Of a stretch of 64,000 nt of DNA, positions 39,218 to 51,725 are shown in pieces. Origin of the DNA: Octopus sinensis (Eukaryota). The notes under the pieces were generated by a model, which saw only the letters and a list, made by a program, of their open reading frames with translations, had not been told where the DNA came from and ran no database searches. The position numbers and the translations under genes are program-made. Position 1 is the stretch's first letter. Each line of letters opens with the position of its first letter. The stretch lies in the NCBI RefSeq assembly GCF_006345805.1, contig NC_043020.1, forward strand, positions 14,322,001 to 14,386,000. The letters run 5' to 3'.

Positions 39218-39334
39218 GCAACCTTCAAAAATCTGAAAATCATCTGCAACCTGTGCTGCTAGTTAATATCTTTTAAAAAGATCTGAACCTCACACAGTGT
39301 CCTCCTCAACTTCTATAGACATTTGATATCTATC

Positions 39335-39858
39335 TGCGACTTTATATAGCTATGGTACAACCTCACCTGGAATTTGCATCACCGGTCTGGAACCTCTATC
39401 TTGCCCAGGATGTTAATCATCTGGAAGCCGTTCAGCGACATGCAACCAAAAGAATACCCTCCATCAGGCATTTACCATATTCTGAATGCCTTACTTCCCT
39501 GAGCATGAATACATTGAAACTCCGAAGTCTGGCAACTGACTGGGCAGACACCCATAAAATTATTAACCATCTTACAAACAATAACTCTGAGCACCTTTTC
39601 AAACTCCATCTGTCTAACACCCGTGGACATGTTTACAAAGTCAGAAAACAGCACAGCTCCCATGACTTTCGGAAACATTTTTTCACGCTGGGAGTTGCTG
39701 AAGCATGGAACAAACTGCCAGCATCAGTTGTTAGTTGTCGGAGCACTGCATCCTTCAAAACTTCCATGCTGCCTGAGATTCGCCAACACTACACCTGATT
39801 TTCTCCCCTCCATACACACACAAGCATGTATCTCACTCATACACTATTCGCTTTCCAG
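39335..39858 (+). mobile_element. CR1-type LINE 3' fragment (family F)
   Basis: ORF 39352-39798 is the same family as 51147 and 53984. Confidence 0.9.
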
Positions 39859-40618
39859 AAAGGAAAGGGTCCTGTGAGGTTGTTGTTGTTGTTGTTAATC
39901 CTTTAGCATTCAAATTTCTTTGTCAACTGTATTGCTTATACTTAAATCATCAAAAATGTTCCAGCCTGAAAGCTGCGGCCATGCTGGGGCACCACTGCTA
40001 TTACTGTGTAACAAAATAGTTTTCTTTTTTGTCTTTGGTCAGTAAGTGTTATTTCCTATTTGCTTCTGTCTACAAATCAAAGGAAATTACTACTGCTCCC
40101 TTTAAACTTTGCTTTTGTGATCTGGACATGTATATTTTGAGTATGATACACAGAGTGGAGGTGCAATGGCCCAGAGGTTAGGGCAGCGGACTCGCGGTCA
40201 GAGGATTGCGGTTTCGATTCCCAGACCGGACGTTGTGTGTGTTTATTGAGCGAAAACACCTAAAGCTCCACGAGGCTCCGGCAGGGGGTGGTGGTGACCC
40301 CTGTTGTACTGTTTCGCCCCAACTTTCTCTTACTCATCCTTCCTGTATCTTAAGTAACGTTACAATGGACTGGTGTCCCGTCCAGCTGGGGGTAACACAT
40401 ACGCCACAGAAACCGGGAAACTGGGCCCATGAGCCTGGTTAGGCTTGAAAAAGGGTGCATAAATAAAATAAAATGATACACAGGCGCAGGAGTGGCTGTG
40501 TGGTTGGTTCCGGGTTCAGTCCCACTGCATGGCACCTTGGACTAGTGTCTTCAACTATAGCCTCGGGCCGACCAAAGCCTTGTGAGTGGATTTGGTAGAT
40601 GGAAACTGAAAGAAGCCC

Positions 40619-40659
<41 letters not shown>

Positions 40660-40966
40660 AGTTTGTATGTCTGTGTTTGTCCCCCCAACATTGCTTGACA
40701 GCCGATGCTGGTGTGTTTATGTCCCCGCAACTTAGCGGTTCAGCAAAGAGACCAATAGAATAAGTACTGGGCTTACAAGGAATAAGTCCTGGGGTCGAGT
40801 TGCTCGATTAAAAAGGTGGTGCTCCAGCATGGCCGCAGTCAAATGACTGAAACAAGTAAGAGAGAGAGAGGGTACAGATGACTTTTTCTTTATCATTTTA
40901 TGCTTTTTATTTCTCCATTTGATTATTTTTTTTTTATCCATTTGATTTGATTTTTTTTTTTGTCAG

Positions 40967-41101
40967 GATCTTATCCAAACTTCCATCGGTGTTGTCTCCA
41001 TGTCAAGCCCGGAAGGACTTACCTGTTGATATGATCTACACTGACCTTGTTGGTTTACGTCAGTTCAAGAAACATGTAAAAGGGGGTTATGGTAAATTCA
41101 G
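40967..41101 (+). CDS. MGAT5: MGAT5 exon 9 (ILSKLPSVLSPCQARKDLPVDMIYTDLVGLRQFKKHVKGGYGKFS)
   Basis: Matches VELIYIDIVGLAQFKK; tgtcAG / GTGAGT; 135 nt, phase 2-2. Confidence 0.95.
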
Positions 41102-41116
41102 GTGAGTTCTGTATTA

Positions 41117-41800
41117 CAACTCTCTTTCCTCCTCCTCCTACTGCTACTCCCCATTTTTATTTTCTTCTCCACTTCTATCTCCTCTTCTTTCTAATCTTCT
41201 TCCTTCTCTTCTTCTTCTTCCCTCTCTTCCTCCTCTTCTTTCTCCACTTCCTCCTCTTCCCCTCTTCTTCTTCCACTTCCTCTTCTTCCACTTCCTCTTC
41301 TTTCACTTCCTCTTCTTCCACTTCCTCTTCTTCCACTTCCTCTATCCACTTCCTCTTCTTCCACTTCCTCTTCTTCCACTTCCTCTTCTTTCACTTCCTC
41401 TTCTTCCACTTCCTCTTCTTCCACTTCCTCTATCCACTTCCTCTTCTTCCACTTCCTCTTCTTTCACTTCCTCTTCTTCCACTTCCTCTTCTTCCACTTC
41501 CTCTTCTCCACTTCCTCTTCTCCACTTCCTCTTCTTCCACTCCTCTTCTTCCACTTCCTCTTCTTCCACTTCCTCTTCTTCCACTTCCTCTTCTTCCACT
41601 TCCTCTATCCACTTCCTCTTCTTCCACTTCCTCTTTTTTCACTTCCTCTTCTTCCACTTCCTTTTCTTCCACTTCCTCTTCTTCCACCTCCTTTTTTCTT
41701 TCTCCTTCCTCCTCCCCTTCCCTTTCTCATCCTCTTTCTCTTTTTTCCCTCCTCCTCTCCCTCCTATTCTTTCTCCCTCCTCTATCATCATCATCCTCAA
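41117..41800. repeat. Pyrimidine-rich degenerate tandem repeat (about 15-bp TTCCACTTCCTCTTC)
   Basis: Directly visible; almost no G on the + strand. Confidence 0.95.
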
Positions 41801-42018
41801 TTTTACATCTATTTTTTCTTTTGTTCACCTGTCTTACCCACATTGCAGTATGGACTGTGGGTATTTTTTTTAACCACATGGTCCCAGGTTCAATTCCACT
41901 ACATGGCACTTTGGGCAAGTGTCTTTTACTATAGCCTCAGGCTGACCAAAGCCTTGCGAGTGGATGTGGTAGACGGAACCTGAAAGAAACCCGTCGTATG
42001 TATATATATATATATATA

Positions 42019-42394
42019 CACTTGCGTCAGAAATAAATTAGCACTTCTCAAATTTCTACATTAAATAGGTTAAATCAATTAACCTATGAGCTGTTCAAAA
42101 CGTCTTACGCGATGAGAAAACTTAGTATGGTGTGATGTCGGTCCTTGCGAGGCGCTACCTATATCTATTAAACAAAGGAAGTTTGTCTGCATCCGCACTC
42201 CAAGTTGTTGTTGCACTGCTATGTCAACATCATAAGGCTGTAGACTCTCAAACTGCTCTGCAAACAAAGTTACGTCATCATTCTGCGCAACAGTGAACTC
42301 GCAACAAAGCAATAGTTCGAGATATGGCCACTAGGTGACAGCACATACCTTGAGTGAAGAGCAAATCAAGGGTGCTAATTAATTTCTGACGGTA

Positions 42395-42397
<3 letters not shown>
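42019..42397. mobile_element. Tc1/mariner-type MITE inserted in the (TA)n of a family A SINE
   Basis: 26-bp imperfect TIRs CACTTGCGTCAGAAATAAATTAGCAC / GTGCTAATTAATTTCTGACGGTAGTG, flanked by TA. Confidence 0.8.
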
Positions 42398-42433
<36 letters not shown>

Positions 42434-42784
42434 TGTCCCCACCCCATAGCTTGACAACTGATGGTAGTGTGTTTACGTACCCATAATTCAGTGGTTCAGC
42501 AAAAGAGATTGATAGAATAAGTACTAGGCTTACAAAGAATAAGTCATGGGGTCAATTTGTTCAACTAAAGGCGGTGCTCCAGCAAAGCCACAGTCAAATA
42601 ACTGAAGCAAATAAAAGAAAATAAAAGAAATATCACTAGCACTTTAGCAAGACTAAAGAGTTGATAACCCCACCAAAAGGGGTTAATAACCCCTACTATC
42701 ATAAGTAGCTAAATGAGGCATGTTGCCTGTAAACTACCATTGGATCAATCCTTTACCAATTTCTATTTTATTTTTTTCTTTGTA

Positions 42785-44625
42785 TAATACCCGCTTCTCT
42801 CTCTTTCTTCTCCCTTCTTTCCCATTACTTTTTCTTCTTCCTCCTTTTCCACTGTTTCTTCTTCCTTCTTTCCCATTTCTCTTTCTTCTTCCTTCTTTCT
42901 TTCCCACTACTCTTCTTCCTTTCCCACTACACATTTCTCTTTCTTCTTTCCCACTACTCTTTCTTCTTCCTTTCCCACTACTCTTTCTTCCTCCTCCTCC
43001 TTTCCCACTACACTTTCTTCCTCCTTTCCCACTACACTTTCTTCTTCCTTTCCCACTACACTTTCTTCCTCCTCCTCTCCCACTACACTTTCTTCTTCCT
43101 TTTCCCCACTATTCTTTCTTCTTCCTCTTTTTCCACTACTCTTTCTTCTTCTTTCATTCCCACTATTCTTTCTTCCTTCTTTCCTGCTCCACTTTTTTCT
43201 TCCTTCTTTCCCACTACTCTTTCTTCTTCCTTATTTCCCACTACTCTTTCTTCTTCCTTCTTTCCCACTACTCTTTCTTCTTTCATTCCCACTATTCTTT
43301 CTTCTTCCTCTTTTTCCACTACTTTTTCCTCTTTTTCCACTACTCTTTCTTCTTTCATTCCCACTATCCTTCTTTCATTCCCACTATTCTTTCTTTCTTC
43401 TTTCTTTCCTGCTCCACTTTTTTCTTCCTTCTTTCCCACTACTCTTTCTTCTTCCTTCTTTCCCACTACTCTTTCTTCTTTCCCACTACTCTTTCTTCCT
43501 GCTTTCCCACTACTCTTTCTTCTTGCTTCTTTCCCACTACACTTTCTTCTTCTTTCCACTACACTTTCTTCTTCCTTTTCCCCACTATTCTTTCTTCTTC
43601 CTTCTTTCCTGCTCCACTTTTTTCTTCCTTCTTTCCCACTACTCTTTCTTCTTCCTTCTTTCCCACTACTCTTTCTTCTTCTTTCATTCCCACTATTCTT
43701 TCTTCTTCTTCTTTCCTACTCCACTTTTTTCTTCCTTCTTTCCCACTACTCTTTCTTCTTCCTTCTTTCCCACTACTCTTTCTTCTTTCCCACTACTCTT
43801 TCTTCCTGCTTTCCCACTACTCTTTCTTCTTCCTTCTTTCCCACTACACTTTCTTCTTCTTTCACACTACACTTTCTTCTTCCTTCTTTCCCACTACTCT
43901 TTCTTCTTCCTCTTTTTCCACTACTCTTTCTTCTTCCTTCTTTCCCACTACTCTTTCTTCTTGCTTCTTTCCCACTACACTTTCTTCTTCCTTCTTTCCC
44001 ACTACTCTTTCTTCTTCCTTCTTTCCCACTACTCTTTCTTCTTCCTCCTTTCCCACTACCCTTCCTTCGTTCCCACTATTCTTTCTTCTTCCTTCATTCC
44101 CACTATTCTTTCTTCTTCCTTCTTTCCCACTATTCTTTCTTCTTCCTTCATTCCCACTATTCTTTCTTCTTCCTTGTTTCCCACTACTCTTTCTTCTTCC
44201 TCTTTTCCCACTACTCTTTCTTCTTCCTCTTTTTCCACTACTCTTTCTTCTTCCTCTTTTCCCACTACTCTTTCTTCTTCCTTCTTTCCCACTACTCTTT
44301 TTTCTTCCTTCTTTCCCACTACTCTTTCTTCTTCCTCTTTTTCCACTACTCTTTCTTCTTCCTCTTTTCCCACTACTCTTTCTTCTTCCTTCTTTCCCAC
44401 TACTCTTTTTTCTTCCTTCTTTCCCACTACTCTTTCTTCTTCCTTCTTTCCCACTACTCTTTCTTCTTCCTTCTTTCCCACTACTCTTTCTTCTTCCTTC
44501 TTTCCCACTACCCTTCCTTCATTCCCACTATTCTTTCTTCTTCTTTGTTTCCCACTACTCTTTCTTCTTCCTTCTCTTCCGCTACTCTTTCTTTTTCTTT
44601 CTTTCCCACTACTCTCTCTTTCTGT
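42785..44625. repeat. Pyrimidine-rich degenerate minisatellite (about 24-27-bp TTCCCACTACTCTTTCTTCTTCCTTCT)
   Basis: About 1.85 kb, ending about 30 nt before the exon 10 acceptor. Confidence 0.95.
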
Positions 44626-44655
44626 TTCTCATCAATCCACTGAATTTATTTTCAG

Positions 44656-44789
44656 CTGTTTGCTACGTATTGTGGATTCATTTGGGACTGAACCAGCCTA
44701 CAATCATAGAGATTTTGCTCGCAGAAACAAGTTATTGACCACATGGGGTGGACAAGATCTGCATTCTCAACAGTTCTTTACAATGTTTC
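44656..44789 (+). CDS. MGAT5: MGAT5 exon 10 (CLLRIVDSFGTEPAYNHRDFARRNKLLTTWGGQDLHSQQFFTMFP)
   Basis: Matches CMLRVLDSFGTEPEFNH...WG...QQFYTMFP; tttcAG / GTATGT; 134 nt, phase 2-1. Confidence 0.97.
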
Positions 44790-45743
44790 GTATGTATACT
44801 AACTCCGATTTACATATAATACCTATAATATTATTAAATATATGATACTATCTATTTTTGATGCTTCAAAAATATGATATCAAATATATCATATTATCAA
44901 ATATAAGAAAGTATTGAATATATAGTATTATTAAACATATATTCTTATCAAATATAAAATATTGTCAAAAATATGATATTATCAAATATATGATATTAAA
45001 TATATGTTGTTACTAGCAGAGATACCCGACGTTGCCCGTGTAACATGCAATTGAAGAATTAGACTTTTCTGTTATATTTTCTGTAATGAACTGGAATATC
45101 TATGTTTCGAATTTCATCAAAATTGCAGATGAGGGTTATTTCCCTCTTTACACACCCCCAAAAAATTGTAATCGGGCCACATGTATCCCATACTACTGAT
45201 TTTTATGCGCATATTCCAAAATTCCAGTCTTATTGAACCTGTTAAAAAGATTTTCCTCCTGAAAAATGAAGGTCATGGAGCTCTAAAATGTGAGATTTAA
45301 GGCCCCTGTTGGGTGTGGGCATCTTAATGTCAACCAGAGAAGTTGAATTGTTGAGAATCTTTTAAACTTGGGTCTTATATCTATTGTTTGAATTTCTTTG
45401 AAATAGGAAATATATGTTCACTGGGTTTGTAAAAGAGAGCAAAGCTACAGGAAACCAAAATGTTATCAAATATACACTGCATTCTGAAATGGTCTCTAAA
45501 TTTCTAAAGTCCTTTCATGTATTGTATAACAAATAAGAACAAACACTTAAACAGTGTTTATAGGTGCAGGAGTGGCTGTGTGGTAAGTAGCTTGCTTACC
45601 AACCACATGGTTCCGGTTTCAGTCACACTGCGTGGCACCTTGGGCAAGTGTCTTCTACTATAGCCTCAGGCCAACCAAAGCCTTGTGAGTGGATTTGGTA
45701 GACGGAAACTGAAAGAAGACCATCATATATATATATATATATA

Positions 45744-45937
45744 TATATTAGAAGAAATGAAGTACTCAGAAATTCGGATGGTTTTATATTTACAGATATT
45801 TATTTGTATATTACATGTTTTTATACATCATATATCATCTATATGATATATGATGTATAAAAACATGTAATATACAAATAAATATCTGTAAACATAAAAC
45901 CATCCGAATTTCTGAGTACCTCATTTCTTCTAATATA
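45744..45937. repeat. Near-perfect palindrome: 95-bp arms, 4-nt loop
   Basis: Arms 45744-45838 and 45843-45937 with 2 mismatches counted by hand; loop CTAT. Confidence 0.95.
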
Positions 45938-45968
45938 AAATACCTGTATATCATCTCCAAACCTTCAA

Positions 45969-46000
<32 letters not shown>

Positions 46001-46564
46001 GTATGTGTTAGTTTGTGTCTGTGTTTGTTCCCCCACCATCACTTGACAACCGATGGTGGTGTGTTTACATCCCTGTAACTTAGCAGTTCAGCAAAAGAGG
46101 CAGATAGAATAAGTACTAGGCTTACAAAGAATAAGTCCTGGGGTCGATTTGTTCGACTAAAGGCAGTGCTCCAGCAAAGCCACAGTCAAATAACTGAAAC
46201 AAGTAAAAGAAAAAAAGTACTTCTGTTTATTTTGGTCCTCCTCATCTTGTTAGCTTCCCATTTCTCTGTTGTCTGCACTCATGATCCTTTATATTTATCA
46301 CATTTTGCTGGTCCCTAAAACTAATTTTTTCACCTTGGAGTAATCCTTTAACCCTTTTGTATTCAGATTATTCTGTCAAATGTAAATCATGCATTATCTT
46401 GTAACTTTGAGATTTTAATGGTGTGACTGTTTATTTTAGAATGACATTGTAGAGTAGGTATGAGAGGCCAGATCTGACCAGTTTGGACCTAAAACAGGCA
46501 AAATATTTGGGCCAGATATGGATTAACCTGAAGAGCTAAGACTGAACTGGTCTGAATCATCAAA

Positions 46565-46830
46565 GCTCAATCATCATCATCATTGTTCGACTGTGGTTGA
46601 GACAATGGAATTTACCATGCTACGCCAGACTTCACGGTCCATCATAGCATTACGGAGGTCCTGTTGCTGGATGCCTGTATCCCTGGAGATTACATCAGGG
46701 TAGGAGAGTGTGCGCCCTCTGGTATCGCGAGTAGTTGGCTTCCAGAGGAGAAGAGTAGAAATTGCCTCGTTTTCAGCTCTACAACAATGTCCAGCAAACT
46801 GGACTCTTCTACCTTTCACAAGAGATGATA
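46565..46830 (-). mobile_element. RTE/RTEX-type LINE 3' fragment (second family)
   Basis: ORF 46580-46819 RRVQFAGHC.R...LLLW.P...RGR...Y.DVI.RDTG...L.NAMMDRE.WR; (TGA)n tail. Confidence 0.8.
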
Positions 46831-47092
46831 CAGGTGGTCCTCATATCTTAAAATTATCAGTTTGATAGATACCCTAGCCACCTGTACCACCACTTGTCAT
46901 TTTGTAAATTTTATATCATGTAAAAACCATGCCAAACAGACCTAGCTGGTACTGGTACCACATAAAAAGCACCCGGTGCACTCTGTAAGGTGGTTGGCAT
47001 TAGGAAGGGCGTCCAGCCATAAAAACCATGCCAAAACAAACCTCACAGATGCTGGTTACATGTAAAAAGTATCTACTCTGTAAAGTGGCTGG

Positions 47093-49085
47093 CATTAGGA
47101 AGAGCATCCAACTGTAAAACCCATGCCAAAACAGACCTTGCCAGTGCTGGTGCCACATAAAAAGCACCTGGGGCACTCTGGTGATTGACATTAGGAAGGG
47201 CATCCAACTGTAAAACCCATGCCAAAACAGACCTTGCCAGTGCTGGTGCCACATAAAAAACACCTGGGGCACTCTGGTGATTGACATTAGGAAGGGCATC
47301 CAACTGTAAAACCCATGCCAAAACAGACCTTGCCAGTGCTGGTGCCACATAAAAAACACCTGGGGCACTCTGGTGATTGACATTAGGAAGGGCATCCAAC
47401 TGTAAAACCCATGCCAAAACAGACCTTGCCAGTGCTGGTGCCACATAAAAAACACCTGGGGCACTCTGGTGATTGACATTAGGAAGGGCATCCAACTGTA
47501 AAACCCATGCCAAAACAGACCTTGCCAGTGCTGGTGCCACATAAAAAACACCTGGGGCACTCTGGTGATTGACATTAGGAAGGGCATCCAACTGTAAAAC
47601 CCATGCCAAAACAGACCTTGCCAGTGCTGGTGCCACATAAAAAACACCTGGGGCACTCTGGTGATTGACATTACGAAGGGCATCCAACTGTAAAACCCAT
47701 GCCAAAACAGACCTTGCCAGTGCTGGTGCCACATAAAAAACACCTGGGGCACTCTGGTGATTGACATTAGGAAGGGCATCCAACTGTAAAACCCATGCCA
47801 AAACAGACCTTGCCAGTGCTGGTGCCACATAAAAAGCACCTGGGGCACTCTGGTGATTGACATTAGGAAGGGCATCCAACTGTAAACCCATGCCAAAACA
47901 GACCTTGCCAGTGCTGGTGCCACATAAAAAGCACCTGGGGCACTCTGGTGATTGACATTAGGAAGGGCATCCAACTGTAAAACCCATGCCAAAACAGACC
48001 TTGCCAGTGCTGGTGCCACATAAAAAGCACCTGGGGCACTCTGGTGATTGACATTAGGAAGAGCATCCAACTGTAAAACCCATGCCAAAACAGACCTTGC
48101 CAGTGCTGGTGCCACATAAAAAGCACCTGGGGCACTCTGGTGATTGACATTAGGAAGGGCATCCAACTGTAAAACCCATGCCAAAACAGACCTTGCCAGT
48201 GCTGGTGCCACATAAAAAACACCTGGGGCACTCTGGTGATTGACATTAGGAAGGGCATCCAACTGTAAAACCATGCCAAAACAGACCTTGCCAGTGCTGG
48301 TGCCACATAAAAACACCTGGGGCACTCTGGTGATTGACATTACGAAGGGCATCCAACTGTAAAACCCATGCCAAAACAGACCTTGCCAGTGCTGGTGCCA
48401 CATAAAAAACACCTGGGGCACTCTGGTGATTGACATTAGGAAGGGCATCCAACTGTAAAAACCCATGCCAAAACAGACCTTGCCAGTGCTGGTGCCACAT
48501 AAAAAACACCTGGGGCACTCTGGTGATTGACATTACGAAGGGCATCCAACTGTAAACCCATGCCAAAACAGACCTTGCCAGTGCTGGTGCCACATAAAAA
48601 AACACCTGGGGCACTCTGGTGATTGACATTAGGAAGGGCATCCAACTGTAAAACCCATGCCAAAACAGACCTTGTCAGTGCTGGTGCCACATAAAAAACA
48701 CCTGGGGCACTCTGGTGATTGACATTACGAAGGGCATCCAACTGTAAAAACCCATGCCAAAACNNNNNNNNNNNNNNNNNNNNNNNNNNNNNNNNNNNNN
48801 NNNNNNNNNNNNNNNNNNNNNNNNNNNNNNNNNNNNNNNNNNNNNNNNNNNNNNNNNNNNNNNGGTGATTGACATTAGGAAGAGCATCCAACTGTAAAAC
48901 CCATGCCAAAACAGACCTTGCCAGTGCTGGTGCCACATAAAAAACACCTGGGGCACTCTGGTGATTGACATTAGGAAGGGCATCCAACTGTAAAACCCAT
49001 GCCAAAACAGACCTTGCCAGTGCTGGTGCCACATAAAAAGCACCTGGGGCACTCTGGTGATCGACATTAGGAAGGGCATCCAACT
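47093..49085. repeat. 96-bp minisatellite, at least ~20 units, broken by a 100-N gap
   Basis: TTAGGAAGGGCATCC recurs at 47191, 47287, 47383...; degenerate units flank both ends. Confidence 0.97.
48764..48863. other. Assembly gap (100 N)
   Basis: Run of exactly 100 N inside the 96-bp array, so the true array length is unknown. Confidence 1.
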
Positions 49086-49680
49086 ATAAAAACCACACCT
49101 AAACAGACCTCACTGGTGCTAGTGTCATGTAAAAAAGCGTCCATTCTACTTTGTTAGGTGGTTGGCATTAGGAAGAGCAGCCAGCCGTAAAAACCGATGC
49201 CAAAACAGACAGTAAAGCCTAGTGAAGTCCTCTAGCTTGCCAGCTCCTGTCAAACAGTCAAACCCATACCAGCATGGAAAACATGTTAAGCAAGAATATA
49301 TAGTAAGATGTGTGGTTGAGAGAAGAAAGGATTGCATCTATTTCTTTACTACCCACAAGGGGCTAAACACAGAGGGGACAGACAAACGAATTAAGTCGAT
49401 TACATCGACCCCAGTGCACAACTGGTACTTAATTTATCGACCCCGAAAGGATGAAAGGCAAAGTCGACCTCGGCGGAATTTGAACGCAGAACCTAACGGC
49501 AGACGAAGTACGGCTACGCATTTTGCCCACCGTGCTAACGTTTCTGCCAGCTCGCCGCCTTATGCGAAAGGATTGCATTGATGAAAGAAGAGTGTAGAAA
49601 GAGGAAAGTGAGTTTGTTTATATGAGTTAAAACATGTTAAGTTTTCTGTTTTCTTATTTGTCACATATTGATATTTGTAG

Positions 49681-49805
49681 CTCACACCCCTGATAACTCA
49701 TTTATGGGGTTTGTAGTTGAACAGCATTTGAAGGATCCTGTACTGCCAAGCATTAAGAAAAAGAATCAAGCTGTAGTCTATGGTAAAAATGAATTGATGT
49801 GGAAG
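49681..49805 (+). CDS. MGAT5: MGAT5 exon 11 (PHTPDNSFMGFVVEQHL...KKKNQAVVYGKNELMWK)
   Basis: Matches PHTPDNSFLGFVVEQHL...NQSLVYGKVDSFWK; tgtAG / GTCAGT; phase 1-0. Confidence 0.97.
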
Positions 49806-51146
49806 GTCAGTTTTTTTTTTCGGTTTTTTTTCTTTCTTTTAATAAATTTTCATTTTGATTAATGAAGTTCCTAGTAAAACCAAATAACCATAGTATCCAG
49901 ATTGTAACTGTGTTGTAAATTAAATCAGCATGATTGACCAAGGTAGCAGTCCTATTTTGTTGTAGAGATCATGGGTGACCCATTGGCTAACCAGAAATCA
50001 GTTTCAGGTAGATTTAATAAACTACAATAATGTTCATCTATAATTTTGCTGGAAGTAAAACTGCATTGACTCACAGTTGTGGCTGTACCCTAAAATCCCA
50101 CAGTACTGTCTTAGGAAAGGACATATTGGTCAATGTAGGACTAAATTCCTGTTATATAGGCATAGTCATGACTAGGTCTCTTTGACTGTAGGTATACTTG
50201 ATGAGAGTTAACCTTGGGCTAAACATAAGCTAAACTGAAAGAAGCCCGTCGTATATATGTATATATATATATATATATGTGTGTGTCTGTGTTTGTCCCC
50301 CCAACATCGCTTGACAACCGATGTTGGTGTGTTTACGTTCCCGTAACTTAGCGATTTGGCAAAAGAGACCGATACAATAAGTACTGGGCTTACAAAAGAA
50401 TAAGTCCCGGGGTCGAGTTGCTCGATTAAGGCGGTGCTCCAGCATGGCCGCAGTCAAATGACTGAAACAAGTAAAAGAGAGAGTATAATTCAAAACAACA
50501 TGAATTAATAAGCCTTACATTTGACAGAGCTAAAGGGCTAATCAGTGGTGAATAAAGTGAATGTATTAAGTATCCCAGCGAAGCTAACTGTTATGTTATA
50601 CAATCTTTATAAACTATAATTACCAAAAAAAAATAATAAAAACTATTAAAAGTCAGAGTTGGTGAGTAACCTTAAAGGGTTGAACTGTGGAATAAAAGTC
50701 TGACTAGAAAAATGTTGGGTGCTTTTTCTTGTTACCCTTCATCTTATATCATATTTTGACATAGACTGTCATTTCAATTCTTTATTTCGCAATCATTCAA
50801 TTCGTAAAACATGCTCCTTGCTAAGAGTGTGTACTGGACGGCACTTACCCCTTACTATTCAATGGTGCACCCTCAGATTTACAGTTATACATTTATTTCG
50901 AAACCCCTCTATAGCATCATTACAATTCATGCCCATCCAGAATATTCTGAAGCACCCCCTGGCACCAAAGTCTGGAGATGGTCCTGATTCATGATAAGAA
51001 GGGAAAAAAATTCGAAATTTAAAGTATTTTTACTCACAAGATACAACAATTGTATTTATAAAAATAGAGTTTGGTCATAGATCAAGATGAAATGTATTGC
51101 ATCACACTTTCTGAATGAATTCTTTCAAAACTGCATTTTGTTTTGA

Positions 51147-51688
51147 AAAATCTTGCCCAAGATATTTATCGTCTGGAAGCCGTTCAGCGACGTGCAACCA
51201 AAAGAATACCCTCCATCAGGCATTTGCCATATTCTGAACGCCTTACTTCCCTGGGCATGGACACATTGAAACTCCAACGTCTGGCAGCTGACTGGGCAGA
51301 CACCCATAAAATTATTAACCATCTTACAAACAATAACTCTGAGCACCTTTTCAAACTCCACCCGTCTAACACCCGTGGACATGTTTATAAAGTCAGAAAA
51401 CAGCACAGCTCCTATGACTTTAGGAAACATTTTTTCACGCTGAGAGTTGCTGAAGCATGGAACAAACTGCCAGCATCAGTTGTTAGTTGTCGGAGCACTG
51501 CATCCTTCAAAACTTCCATGCTTCCTGAGATTCGCCAACACTACACCTTATTTTCTCTCCTCCATATGCACGCAAGCATGTATCTGACTCATACATTGTT
51601 TGCTTTCCAGACATTTGTACATTACTGCATATACTTTATATACACTTTTGACAAGTTGTGGTGCACCTGAGCACTGTATACAATAATT

Positions 51689-51723
<35 letters not shown>
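51147..51723 (+). mobile_element. CR1-type LINE 3' fragment (family F) with (ATT)n tail
   Basis: LEAVQRRATKRIP...RGHVYKV...FFTLRVAEAWNKLP, then 3' UTR and (ATT)n tail. Confidence 0.9.

Positions 51724-51725
<2 letters not shown>

Noticed and set aside
42720-44845. 672-aa and 440-aa F/L/S/P-rich ORFs, 281-aa ORF at 41089 and EEEERVVGKK ORFs
   Set aside because: Translations of pyrimidine repeats that cannot form stop codons easily; only the embedded true exons 9 and 10 are coding.
45748-45785. Hammerhead-like UAGAAGA..UGAG(GUA)CUCA-GAAA motif in the palindrome arm
   Set aside because: Lacks CUGANGA, and the putative cleavage position would be G, which is not cleavable.
47000-48466. Long ORFs (488, 272, 215 aa) with repeated LQLDALPNVNHQSAPG motifs
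   Set aside because: Artefact of a 96-bp (multiple of 3) minisatellite on the antisense strand of an intron; open in several frames, with no splice or start context.
47093-49085. CRISPR-like appearance of the regular repeats (also 54918-55482)
   Set aside because: Units are contiguous with no unique spacers, there are no cas genes, and the context is a eukaryotic intron.
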